IMG/VR virus record: IMGVR_UViG_3300037212_000012
Span: 1-54,687 of that record
Strand: one strand, 5' to 3'
From: a virus
Lineage: Duplodnaviria; Caudoviricetes
DNA length: 54,687 nt
Positions 35,503 to 45,589 of this stretch are shown piece by piece. The stretch's first letter is position 1. Each line of letters begins with the position of its first letter. The notes beneath the pieces were generated by a model that saw only the letters and a list, made by a program, of their open reading frames with translations, made no database searches and was not told where the DNA came from. The translations under genes were made by a program, and so were the position numbers.

Positions 35503-37292
35503 TCATGCTTCTTGGCCTAATGGTATCGACTCCAGTTCTTCTCGATGCCTTTCATAGTCGCCCCTCAGATTATTCGCTATAAAGCTCGCATATGCCAGTA
35601 CCACAGCCGGAGAAGATGGCTCCTTTTCTCCTGTTATCCAAAGAATCGATTTACCATTTCCGATTTCTGTATGTGCAAATTTGTTCCTGAACTGCGGCCC
35701 CATGTTCTTTACTAAGAAATTTCCGCTATCTAGCGGTAATATGATTTGCCCAATTTCTAAACTTTTTATCATATCCTACAGCTCCAAATCCTCAATCTCT
35801 CTTATCTCCGTGGCTCGATTTATCGCTATCGAGAACCGCCTTTGATACTCGTTGGTGACTACGCTCTTGAGCAGATAGCTCTTACCCTCTTTGAGCGGCA
35901 AGCCTTTCTTAGTTGGACTACCCAGAGGCTCAACGCTGCCCTTTCGCCATACCACAAATTCCAGATCGTCGGTCTGGTCTTCCACAGTGCCCTTCTTTCA
36001 CCTTCACTTTTTCAGCTTTGCCCAAAACCACGAAGTAGATCCTCTTATTCTTCCCTGCTACTATCAAACGATGAAAATGATGAGATACTGACTTTGGATA
36101 AGCGGGCGTGATGTAGCCTTGATTCTTCAGCTCATCTAAGATAGCTAGGTCCATATGCTCCGACCGGGCCACCTTGCCTATAACTTTGCCCTGGAAGCTC
36201 GGGCCGTTGGTCCATTTGACCTGATCGCCTATGTTGAATAGATTCAAACTCCTTAAGTCAGTTCTCATACAAACCCATGAAACCAGTTTTGCTTATAATC
36301 GCATCCAGCAACCGGACAAATCCAACCTTTCTCTGTAGCTATCAAAGAATGATCTGAGTGAAATTCACAAGTATAAGGATGTCTATCTGTTCTTTTTTGT
36401 TCTTTGTTTAATCGATCTATGGTATCCTTGTCCCAAGGAGTTTTAATCATAACTTTACCTCCGTCTTGAACTTCTCTCGTGCTCTCAAGAGCCGCAGCCT
36501 CCGGGCCTCGACCTGTTCAGGGTCCGACAACTTGCCCTTTGTCAGATCTACGCTACAAACGCCGTCCTTACACTCGCTCATATTCAATCCTCGGATTCAA
36601 GACAGAGCCTCAAAGCTCGAACATAAGCCCTATGTTTTAGCCAGCGAGTCAGGTCTTTGTACTGCCCTGTCGCTTGGTATCTTTCCCAGAAGCAGCCCGT
36701 TCTTTTTTCGTGAATAATCATTCCGGCGCTCCCTCCATCTCTTTCCTTAGATTCTCTATGCGCTTCTGGTGGGCGGCTATATCCTCAGCATTTCGCCTCG
36801 GGCCTCGCTTCTTTGCTCTTGTAAGCCTTTGCTGTTCTAGGTAGATTTCGTTACCTATGTCGGTCTTGGTGCGCGGCATATCATACCTTCTTCACAGCCC
36901 ATCGAGTCACGGTTTCCTCAGCTACGCGCTCAAATTTGGTTCCATGTACGATAAGTCGCGGCTCATATCCGATCTCATTTATGCACTTCACCAATTCGGC
37001 CTCTGTCAAGAACTCTTTAATTTCCCAGATCCAATCACGTTCATAGAATACTGCATAATACTTCTCTGGTTCTGCCATATTATTTACCTCCAAACAAAAT
37101 CTCAGCCATCTTGCACGACTCGGTTTCTGAAAGCCTCACAAGCACTTGGGCCGCCTGGCCTTTGCGTTTCTTGTAATAATCCCTGTTGTGTTTCCTGATA
37201 CGCTCTTTATTATTATCATAATACTTTCTTCTGCCTTCAGTATAGCCGATCCTTCTATTCTGGTTTAGCCTTGATAGACTTCCTTGCCCCAT
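35503..37292 (-). other. Cluster of small hypothetical ORFs (35503-35772, 35776-35985, 35930-36268, 36265-36450, 36881-37093, 37080-37292)
   Basis: Closely packed minus-strand ORFs with no recognised motifs. Confidence 0.5.
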
Positions 37293-37902
37293 GCTCTTTC
37301 TCCCTTTCTTTTGTTTCTTTCTGCTTCTTCGCCACCCCCAATACGAAATCGCGCAGTGTAGCCACGACCACCGGATTATCTTGGTTGCCCTCGTGAGTGA
37401 GAGTATCTTTATTTCCCCATCGATCCCTGTACCTTCTTGAGAGCTTCGATTCTGCCGCTCTCCAATCAGGCTCTAAAATATATTTGTCGTATTCTTTTTC
37501 TGATGTTATATTTCCCTCTTTATCATATTTCTTTTCGACTACATGGGTTTTGATGCCGGTAGCGCCAATATCTATAGCATGAGCGGCCCTTATCTCGGAT
37601 TCGACTAAAGCATCTTCCACGGCATTGAAGAAATTTGCGTAATCTAATTCGCCTTCGGTTAATTCTTGGCCTTTGGCTTGAGCTTTTGTCAGCCGCTCAC
37701 CTTGTTTCATGTACTTGCTGAAGGTATCAAAGGTGATATGACCATATTTGGCGGCTATTTCCTTTGGCTCGCCTAATATGAGGGCGTGGACTATGCGAGA
37801 TTGGACCTCCGCGGTGAGTTTGTAGGGGCCTATCGTGCCTTTTGGCCTGCCTGCGCCCTTCTTGTTTGTTCGCTTGGGGAGATGCGTAGATTTCTTTCTC
37901 AT
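37255..37902 (-). CDS. Terminase small subunit-like HTH protein
   Basis: GAGRPK, HTH, DWRAAESKLSRRYRDRWG, LTHEGNQDNPV. Confidence 0.6.
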   Translation of the reverse strand: MRKKSTHLPKRTNKKGAGRPKGTIGPYKLTAEVQSRIVHALILGEPKEIAAKYGHITFDTFSKYMKQGERLTKAQAKGQELTEGELDYANFFNAVEDALVESEIRAAHAIDIGATGIKTHVVEKKYDKEGNITSEKEYDKYILEPDWRAAESKLSRRYRDRWGNKDTLTHEGNQDNPVVVATLRDFVLGVAKKQKETKEREKEHGARKSIKAKPE

Positions 37903-38140
37903 ACGGTTCTCGTGTAAAGACTCGAATTTAATTTCTATCTATGCTTTTTTTCGCTGTCTAGCGAGCCCATTATTTTCTTTATGATTTTTGGGGTTATTTT
38001 GGGTTTTATTCCTATTATTTTCGAATAAAATATGATTGATTAGAAATTATTGGGGATTATTCTCGATTATAGCTTTCTCGGGACAGTCCCATGTATATAC
38101 AGCAGGATTCGCTTTCCTTCCCAATGTTTGCCCTCTAATA

Positions 38141-38323
38141 TCAATAATACTCTCGCATCCTGTTAACTTCTATAATTAGTACATTAAGACTTAACCATAG
38201 TGCAACGAGCACATCTATTACACCATGCGGAAAACCAAGCGCTATTATCTTCACCAATGCAAACACTACGATGGCAGATGACAGAATCATTAAGAACGCT
38301 TGCAACGTTCCCGCGTTGCTCAT
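38141..38323 (-). CDS. Small membrane protein
   Basis: Two hydrophobic helices in 60 aa. Confidence 0.5.
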   Translation of the reverse strand: MSNAGTLQAFLMILSSAIVVFALVKIIALGFPHGVIDVLVALWLSLNVLIIEVNRMREYY

Positions 38324-38537
38324 ATCAGTCCAACCTCGCCCCTCAGATCCTTGATTATATCTAATGCTACTGCTTCGGGTATTGGGACTGCCTCTCCCTC
38401 CACCTCTAAAGAATATGTCTCTCTCGTTCGGATATATTTTTTATATATGAAATCGGTCGGGTCCTGACTATCGATCGATATGGGTTTAAGTATGCGCATA
38501 TGTTCTACAATCACTTTGATTTCACCATGCTGAATAA

Positions 38538-38756
38538 TCATATCTCGACCCCTCTTTTTCGCAGATAATCCCTTAAGACGACCTCCAGGACCACATCGCC
38601 ATGCTTCGAGGAGCCTACCTTCTTCTTGATATTCCAATCTCCGGTGATCCTCTTAACATTCATCCCCGACAGGCTGGCTATGTAGGCTCTCCAGGCTTCG
38701 ACGACATCAGCGGGCAGCTTGTAACTAATGAGGGCTTTGTCCATCCTACGCCTCAC
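38538..38756 (-). CDS. Ribbon-helix-helix-like protein
   Basis: SYKLPADVVEAWRAY...LEVVLRDYL; paralogous to the C-terminus of 38746-39186. Confidence 0.5.
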   Translation of the reverse strand: MRRRMDKALISYKLPADVVEAWRAYIASLSGMNVKRITGDWNIKKKVGSSKHGDVVLEVVLRDYLRKRGVEI

Positions 38757-39186
38757 CTATCGGGAATCCATGGGTGGGCAGGTACTCGCGCAAGATCTCC
38801 TCCAATAGCGGGCCCGCGCCTAACTGACTGCCACACTCCTTTAGGACATAGCCCCTCCAAGCCTGCACGACCTTTTCATCTATGCGATAGGCCATCGGCA
38901 GAAGCTTAACGGTCCTTGCTCTGATGCGAAGCTCGCGGGCCTCGTCTTCCTGTGGATCTTTGTAGGTTCCTGTGACTTTCGCGCATATCATGTCTGCCTC
39001 GGGTGGCTCAGAGAATACCAGCTTTTCGCCTTCCGTATGTGCGTCTACACCTGGGGCCAACTCCACAGTCACGCCAGCTTCGGGGGCCTGCTCTTCTGCT
39101 ATGCCTTCAGCCTTTACAGCTTGCTTTTTATCTTCTTTCACGCTCTTCTTTTCGTTCTTTCCTACCATATTATACCACCATATCAT
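38746..39186 (-). CDS. Protein with C-terminal ribbon-helix-helix-like domain
   Basis: AYRIDEKVVQAWRGY...LLEEILREYL. Confidence 0.5.
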   Translation of the reverse strand: MIWWYNMVGKNEKKSVKEDKKQAVKAEGIAEEQAPEAGVTVELAPGVDAHTEGEKLVFSEPPEADMICAKVTGTYKDPQEDEARELRIRARTVKLLPMAYRIDEKVVQAWRGYVLKECGSQLGAGPLLEEILREYLPTHGFPIGEA

Positions 39187-39226
39187 TAAGCTATATAAAA
39201 GAGTTGTGGTTATGAGATAAAAAGCT

Positions 39227-39607
39227 TTAAAGCTTTGCCTGCCAGACAGCCTTATAGTAATCCTCGTTAAGCTCCTTATCTTGAGTAAGTCTGCCTATGA
39301 AAATATAACCTCCGCCGCTTTGATTTTTATACATCCTCCTCCGAAGGTAAATGCTGAATCTATGTTTAGCTACATCCAAATATATCGAGAATATTTCTCT
39401 TGATATAAATGTGCTAAATATGGGAAATTCTCTTGATATAAATGTGCTAAATATGGGAAATTCTCCGAAGAAAGGCAGACAGAAATTAATCCTTCCTTGG
39501 TTTAGGAGTTGATCTTTGATCCTTAACAGTTCATCTTTAACTGTGGGCTCTTCCTGGCAATCTGGTTCTTGTTGGTCGTACATCTGTTGCGCTGATTCGA
39601 AAGACAT
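39227..39607 (-). CDS. Hypothetical protein with in-frame 11-aa duplication
   Basis: EFPIFSTFISR x2; 33-bp tandem repeat at 39395-39465. Confidence 0.55.
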   Translation of the reverse strand: MSFESAQQMYDQQEPDCQEEPTVKDELLRIKDQLLNQGRINFCLPFFGEFPIFSTFISREFPIFSTFISREIFSIYLDVAKHRFSIYLRRRMYKNQSGGGYIFIGRLTQDKELNEDYYKAVWQAKL

Positions 39608-39609
39608 TT

Positions 39610-40095
39610 TTATTCACCTTTTAAATCCTCAAGAGAATATGTATAAGAGGTCTTTTTGGTTACATATTTATCGAGAATATCAGCCCCTATAGCCTTTTCA
39701 GCTTTGCCTACTTCAATTTTACAGATTTTAAGGGCTATCTTTTCGAAGTCCTTGATAAAAGCATCTTGGAGAACTGATCTCCTTACCTCGATATGTCTTA
39801 TAAGCTTAATAGAGCCTTCCTTATAGCTATCTCCTTTGATCTTTAGGGCCTCAAGGAATTTATCAGGCTTGAACTCAATCGATGGTATAAGCTCTTCTAA
39901 CATGCTGTTATAGTCAGCCTGTCGTTTATCTCTATCTGCCTTGAGCTGATCAATTCCATAAGCCTTTTCTGTTAAAGCTATCTGGTTATTGAAATCCTCG
40001 ATTTGAGCCTTGATAGCTGCCAGCTTTTCGAGAGGAGAAATTGATAAGCGGATCTCCTCTATTTGATCTACTTTAGCTGCCATAATTTTATTCAC
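39610..40095 (-). CDS. Coiled-coil hypothetical protein
   Basis: 161 aa, Lys/Glu-rich helical N-terminus. Confidence 0.55.
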   Translation of the reverse strand: MNKIMAAKVDQIEEIRLSISPLEKLAAIKAQIEDFNNQIALTEKAYGIDQLKADRDKRQADYNSMLEELIPSIEFKPDKFLEALKIKGDSYKEGSIKLIRHIEVRRSVLQDAFIKDFEKIALKICKIEVGKAEKAIGADILDKYVTKKTSYTYSLEDLKGE

Positions 40096-40254
40096 CTCAC
40101 AGAGTGTTCTTCGTCGGGCTGTATAAGATCAAGCTTAACCCTTGGTATCTTTTCCATAACCGCTTTTGGTATTTCGATAGTCTCATCCTTTACGGCCTTT
40201 GACCGATTGGCTTTTATTATCATTATCATAAACTCCTTGTCATCTTACTATATC

Positions 40255-40330
40255 ACCAAAGTATTTAAACTTAATGGTAACATTAACATATCAACAACTT
40301 TAAATAGGTTGCTAATGTAATAGAGTATTA
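40255..40330. promoter_or_regulatory. Divergent archaeal promoter region
   Basis: TTTAAATA boxes on both strands (about 40262-40268 minus, about 40298-40305 plus) at the switch between minus and plus gene blocks. Confidence 0.55.
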
Positions 40331-40370
40331 TGCCAGGATAAGAAGCCTGGTAAAAAGGAGATGAAAGACA

Positions 40371-41482
40371 ATGAGAAATCAATACACTGTATTAATGCAA
40401 GTAGGCTGTGATGCCTTCGTTTATGAAAAAGTGATAGCAGCTAACGCCAAAGATGCAAAGGAAATAGCACATAATCAAATAGGGTATGGCGTGGTTTGTG
40501 GTGCGTGGTGGGCTTAATGGATCTCTCATCTTTTACAGGCCCACAGCTCGAAGAGCTTGAGGCGGAGGTACGTGCAGAACTGAACTATCGATATATTGAG
40601 CGTGTCACAGCCAGTGATGACGATTTCAATGGCATGAATCCTTTGTGGTGATCTTATGCACGACGATTTGAAGAAATATCTTGAATCTATTCACTGGAAC
40701 ACAGATAATCAGCTAATGGGCTTGATATTCGCAGACATCACCATAAGGCCCCATGCAGCCCAAAAGTACGCCAGGAAGCTATTAAGGGAGTGTTCATAAT
40801 GAAGTACCTAATCTGGTTCGCGATGGGTCTAAATGTGACCATGAATCTGACAAACCATGTATGCAATGTGGTCTTTCAGAACGTGACATATAACCACACC
40901 ATGACCATGTTAAGCCATAGTGTATTATTGGGGTGGTAAATATGTCTGAGTTTGGAGCTGTTCAAAATCATTTCGATCTTGAAGACTCCATAAAAAGGCA
41001 GACCTCTTTGGAGGACACTTTCGCCAGGCTTTCACGCCAGGACAGAGAGGAAGCCTTTAAGGTAGTACGTGCGAAGGTAGGCCCCAATAAGGCTGTTAGC
41101 TTGAAGGATATGATAGAGGCCCATAAGAAGCTTAAGAAGGTGTCTTAATATGCACAAAACCCATAGATATAATGAGTTTGGTATGCCCATTATTCACACT
41201 AAAGAGGTTTTTGATAGTGGTATCAGCAAGTCTCTTGATGGGCTGAACCCTGGAGAAAAATCTAAGATAATACTTGATGCGTTTAGTGTTATCAAGCGTG
41301 AGAGATTAGGTAAAGTTGTAAGGGAGATCAATGTAGAAGGTGGGGTCTTAAAACTCTGGAAGGGAAAGGAGGGATATACAATTGAGTATAAAAATCGTAG
41401 AATGGGTATAGGACATTGGCACGAAGAGTTGGAAAGCTTGCCCTGGGAACAAGCGAGCAAAAAAATGTTAGAATATTTCTGA
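40371..41482 (+). other. Plus-strand operon of small ORFs (40371-40517, 40517-40651, further short ORFs, 40933-41148, 41150-41482), putative early genes
   Basis: TAATG stop/start coupling and GGAG/GGTG SD motifs; no recognised domains. Confidence 0.55.
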
Positions 41483-41837
41483 TAAGGGTGTGACCAAACC
41501 CAACGGTCTTAAAAATTTTATTTTCTTAGCAATTGCAGAATTTAGCCGTGTAAAATCGTCTGAAGAAATTGTTTTGGGCCTGTTCTTGGGCCTTACAGAA
41601 ATTATAAATCTTGGATTAAATAAATATCGGCGAGTCAATTGGTTATTCTGAGGGCTTGAAGTGTGTATGACTCTTGAACTCGCTGAGATTGCATCCGAGC
41701 AAGCCCAAATCAATATTTAATCCGTTCTTAATATAATACTCAATCTGTTCTATATCCTTTTCTCCGATTATCCTAAAGACTTCGTTGGGGTTGAGTCTAG
41801 TGAACGCCTCAATCTTCGCCTTGCAGCTATATCTCAT

Positions 41838-42024
41838 AGCCGCTTGCTGCGATGGAGAGCCTGTCCATTTTGCGGCCCTCTGCAATAAACATCATTCTAA
41901 GATGAATGGAGAGCGTGAGCGATGGGAGGCAATGCTCCATAAAATCATTGATGAGGTCTATCATGGGCGTTCGTATTACACAAAAGATGAGTGGGCGGCA
42001 TTACATCCGCCCAAGAAATATTAA
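41838..42024 (+). pseudogene. C-terminal remnant of an HNH endonuclease
   Basis: ACCDGEPVHFAALCNKHHSKMNGERERW resembles GCNGKKWALVPLCGSCHTKTNYNKGYW of the intact HNH at 31945; no N-terminal part. Confidence 0.55.
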
Positions 42025-42049
42025 GAATAAAAGAGATTGCGAAAGCGAG

Positions 42050-42190
42050 TTACTTTTTGTTTGCTTTGTTTGCTTCTCTCACAACTTCGCCTGGCTGCCC
42101 TGCATTGCCACCCGTACTTCCACCGCTTCCGCCTCTACCGCCCCCGCCACCTAGTTTCGGGTTGGGTGTCTCTCCTGATGTCCTGCCCAA
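42050..42190 (-). CDS. 46-aa Gly-rich peptide (not in ORF track)
   Basis: TTG start after GAGGTGA; MGRTSGETPNPKLGGGGGRGGSGGSTGGNAGQPGEVVREANKANKK. Confidence 0.6.
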   Translation of the reverse strand: MGRTSGETPNPKLGGGGGRGGSGGSTGGNAGQPGEVVREANKANKK

Positions 42191-42194
42191 ATTA

Positions 42195-43346
42195 TCACCT
42201 CACATTATGATGGTATGCTTGTTGATGTGCTTCTGTCCATAACCAGCCCCGCTCTGAGCAGAGCTTTTCTACATCTTTATTGCCTCCATATACATAAAAT
42301 AGTAGGTCTTTTTCATCCATCTCTGAGTGCTTCAAAGCCTGTTCAAAATCCTGGTGAAGCCATTCAATATTATAATCCTTGGTATATGTATATGTAGCAT
42401 AACATCGATAACCTTTTGGTACGCCCAAAAGGGCAAGGTCGCGATGCCGGGGGGCTACCGCCAAATCGACCCATACATTTAAGCCGTATTCTTGCCAGGT
42501 TCTAGCTAAATATCTCTTGAGATAAATATAATATTGTACTACCGCCCGTCTCATGTTATCGTTCGTGCTGAAATTCGGCTCTATGATAGAAACACATCCC
42601 GTTTTTAAAACCACTAACGGATCATTTAAAATTCCTGTGAATTTATAATCATCAGTATAAAAATGTATTAATCCACCATCTATTCTTTTTGATCTTGCTT
42701 GTGTGCCCCATCGGTTTATAGGGGTGTCAAGCTTTTTGGGTTGCCTTGAGAGCAATAAGGAGGGGATTTCTAACTCGTTATCGCTTGGATAGATCGCGTT
42801 TAGATCTACGGTGTCGGCATTTTCTTCTGATGGGTTTGGACCGGCTTCGAGCGATTCAACTTGCTTGCCGTCTTCGTTCTTCAATTCGCTTAAGCCAATA
42901 ATCGGCTCCAAAGGACGAGTCCACTTCTCCAATTTTAGGGGCTGGAGGGGCTGCAAATCCATGCCAGCCGCTTTCAGGCCGCTTAACTCCTGCGTGATAT
43001 TCGCGTCGTTATATTTACTTAACCTCGATGTCTGATTGTGGGCTATTCGGTAAGCCTTTATCTGTTCAGGAGAAAGGTTTTCTAAGATTAGAGCTAACAC
43101 TTCTGATATTCCCGCCTCCTTCGCTGCAATAATTCTACCGTGCCCCGCGACCACCGATAGATCAGCATCGCAAATAACGATATCTGCAAACCCAAATTCT
43201 TTTATGCTTGCATGAATAGCCTCTAAATCTTTGGCCCCATGTTTTTTGTTATTTAATGGGTACATTTTAAAAGAGTCTATTGGCAGCATCTCTATTCTCT
43301 GCCCGCGTTCCTTCAACTTAATATCGATATCAGATGCCATCAACAA
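42195..43346 (-). CDS. ParB/Srx-like domain fused to DUF4417-like domain
   Basis: SIKEFGF, VAGHGRIIAA, AYRIAHN; IHFYTDDYKF, IIEPNFS, GVPKG, YVYGG. Confidence 0.75.
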   Translation of the reverse strand: MLMASDIDIKLKERGQRIEMLPIDSFKMYPLNNKKHGAKDLEAIHASIKEFGFADIVICDADLSVVAGHGRIIAAKEAGISEVLALILENLSPEQIKAYRIAHNQTSRLSKYNDANITQELSGLKAAGMDLQPLQPLKLEKWTRPLEPIIGLSELKNEDGKQVESLEAGPNPSEENADTVDLNAIYPSDNELEIPSLLLSRQPKKLDTPINRWGTQARSKRIDGGLIHFYTDDYKFTGILNDPLVVLKTGCVSIIEPNFSTNDNMRRAVVQYYIYLKRYLARTWQEYGLNVWVDLAVAPRHRDLALLGVPKGYRCYATYTYTKDYNIEWLHQDFEQALKHSEMDEKDLLFYVYGGNKDVEKLCSERGWLWTEAHQQAYHHNVR

Positions 43347-43395
43347 ACCTTCTCTTTTATCTTTTTCGGAAGCTACCCTAGCCAGCCTTTGTTAA

Positions 43396-43416
43396 TCATA
43401 GGCATTTAACCTATAA
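43396..43416 (-). promoter_or_regulatory. Palindromic operator overlapping TATA box (copy 3 of 5)
   Basis: TCATAGG-CATTTAA-CCTATAA; reads AAAAACC-TTTATA on the minus strand (BRE-TATA). Confidence 0.7.
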
Positions 43417-43440
43417 AGGTTTTTTGTGAGAAGAGAAAGT

Positions 43441-43830
43441 AATGAGGAGGCCAGCCGGTAAATATGGTAAACCCGGCTGGTATGTGTCGATTTGGTGTCT
43501 GGCTAGATGTCGATCTATGTCTGGAGGGTATCGCGGCTTGCTGGTGCACGTTCACGGCCCGCCTCGGGTAATCCTATTCAGGCAAGAACCCCTCAAAGTT
43601 TCCCCGAGTCTTATAGGCCCACCGGCAAGCCGGTCTCAATTCAGGCTATCCTACCGAAGTCCTAAGGACAAGCTCGGATATCCCTCTTATCACAGACAGC
43701 CTCTTATGATTAGCAGAACCGGAGTTTACAGCTCCGGTATTTTGCCTTGCCTATCTGCTGATGGAATCTGTGCTATTTGTCTTCTAAGGCCCTGCTCTCT
43801 CCAGATTGAAGGGCCTTTGATGACTGTGAT
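43441..43830. ncRNA. Candidate large structured RNA, left part (continues at 45065 to about 45360 beyond the IS)
   Basis: Dense nested stems: 43451-58/43473-80, 43563-68/43603-08, 43621-34, 43718-38, 43712-17/43754-59, 43786-93/43810-17, plus long-range 43524-40/43669-86. Confidence 0.55.
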
Positions 43831-45064
43831 GTCAGCTACCAAGGGCTAAAGCACCTTGGCTTGCGGCTGCGCAAAAAGTCGCGCCACAATAGGCTGGCTG
43901 ACTCCAGCCCTAAAAGCTATATTCATAGCAGCGATGTAGTCCGCATCACCAGCGAAGCTGCAAGACTCACATCTAAATTCATCTCTTGTAGGTCTATTCG
44001 CCTTAGCGATATGCCCACAAGACGGACAGGTTCGAGACGTATTTCTAGGATCTACCAAGACCACAGGAACCCCTGCAATCTTAGCCTTGTAGTCCACAAA
44101 CATCCTGAGCAGTCCAAAGTTCCAAGTATGCAAGCTACGACGCTGAGCTTTCCTAACCGTTACTCTGTCTCTAATGCCCTGGAGATCTTCGAGGGCTATA
44201 GACCTGAGAGTGCCTTTAGCTTTCGTAACAAGCTTTTTAGAAATGCAGTGATTAACATCCTTAGAGAATCTAGCCATCCTGCCAGACAACTTCTTAAGAT
44301 GGCGTTTAGCCGATTTAGTTCCTTTGCTTTGGAGTCTGGATTTCAGAGAATCGAACTTCTCTCTGTTGTTGGTGGTCTGTTCACCAGAATGTACTTCACC
44401 ATCAGAATCAACCGCCAGATTCTTTATACCAAGATCTACACCCAAAACGCCTTTAGGATCAAATGGAGTCTCTTCGGATACTTCGACTACAACGCAAAGG
44501 TAGAATATCCCTTTAACAAGTATAAGGTCTACCTGTCCTCTGATCCTATCCATTCTAGCTCTCTGGTAGTCTCCGATCTTGGTAGGGATAACCTGTCTGC
44601 CTTGGAGAGTAGCCATAGAGACTTTGTCAAGCCCCTTCCAAGAGAGAACCCTCTGATCATAAACCAAAGCTCCATCATGACGGAATTGTGGCTTAATGGA
44701 CTTGTCTCTCTTGTATGCTTCACAGACCTTGCGAATAGCAAGAATGGTAAGCTGTGCGGAGAGTCCGAACTTTTCCCTGATAGGATAATATACGGTCTTC
44801 TGAATTTCTATCTTGTTGGCACTATGGATAGCAAAAACAGTCTCCGCTATCTCATTACAAGCTTCGTTAAACCTCTTCATTGTATCGCAAAGCATAGTAT
44901 ATTGCTTTGGAGAGGGGTCAAGCTTTACCAACAACGTTTTAAGCATAGTATTGTGTATATCCTTCAATGGTTATATAGTTATCGCATAGCAACAGTGGGG
45001 TACGCTCCTCCCAGGGCTGAAGCACCTGGGATTCCGCTACCCCTACACCCCGCGTCCCTCTTGA
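43831..45064 (-). mobile_element. TnpB-only IS200/IS605-family element (IS1341-like)
   Basis: Related subterminal hairpins on the minus strand, CCAGGTGCTTCAGCCCTGG (left end) and CCAAGGTGCTTTAGCCCTTGG (right end); right end ...TAGCTGAC; no tnpA. Confidence 0.85.
43846..44967 (-). CDS. tnpB: RNA-guided endonuclease TnpB
   Basis: RuvC GVDLG / ALEDL / DADYIAAMNI; Zn finger TSRTCPSC...CESC; N-terminal KTLLVKLDP. Confidence 0.95.
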   Translation of the reverse strand: MKDIHNTMLKTLLVKLDPSPKQYTMLCDTMKRFNEACNEIAETVFAIHSANKIEIQKTVYYPIREKFGLSAQLTILAIRKVCEAYKRDKSIKPQFRHDGALVYDQRVLSWKGLDKVSMATLQGRQVIPTKIGDYQRARMDRIRGQVDLILVKGIFYLCVVVEVSEETPFDPKGVLGVDLGIKNLAVDSDGEVHSGEQTTNNREKFDSLKSRLQSKGTKSAKRHLKKLSGRMARFSKDVNHCISKKLVTKAKGTLRSIALEDLQGIRDRVTVRKAQRRSLHTWNFGLLRMFVDYKAKIAGVPVVLVDPRNTSRTCPSCGHIAKANRPTRDEFRCESCSFAGDADYIAAMNIAFRAGVSQPIVARLFAQPQAKVL

Positions 45065-45360
45065 TGTGATGAAATGCGATAATCGTCATGGGATGTCCAG
45101 GGTCAACGGGAAGCACCCCAAACGCTCAACGGTCGATTCGTGGCTATACCAAAGAGGTGTATCCTCTCAAGATGATATCAAGGTTGGACCGTCCATCGAA
45201 TACACTCCCGCCGTTCATCTTTGTGTCTCAAGGCACACATCGCGGCGGGTAACTGCTTTGTATGTAGCATCTTTTAGGATTAATCCTTTTCCATCAGATC
45301 ATACCTATTCTTGAAGAAATGAGGCAATCCCGGAAGAGATACGAGCTTCCCACCCTCATC
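45065..45360. ncRNA. Candidate large structured RNA, right part
   Basis: Stems AGAGG/CCTCT (45153-67), CCCGCCG/CGGCGGG (45207-13/45243-49) with an inner hairpin, AGGATTAATCCT; no convincing ORF. Confidence 0.45.
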
Positions 45361-45589
45361 ATAAAGAGATACGATATAGATATCTCCGCAATCGCACTCA
45401 ATTCTGATGGCCTCTTTATCTATTATCGAGAATTCCATCACGCTTAATCATCTCCATCGTCATCGGGCCAGGGCCACGGCATCGGTATTGCGGGATTGGG
45501 TATTTTCATCATTTTGTTAACCTCATTTTTATATTAGCTTGCACTCACTCGCTTGTAGATTTTCTGAGCTTAAATATGGCTGGCATATC

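Noticed and set aside
43442-43849. 135-aa plus-strand ORF
   Set aside because: No protein-like motifs; the region is better explained by RNA structure. Coding is not fully excluded.
43861-45069. 402-aa plus-strand ORF
   Set aside because: Antisense shadow of tnpB; no motifs.
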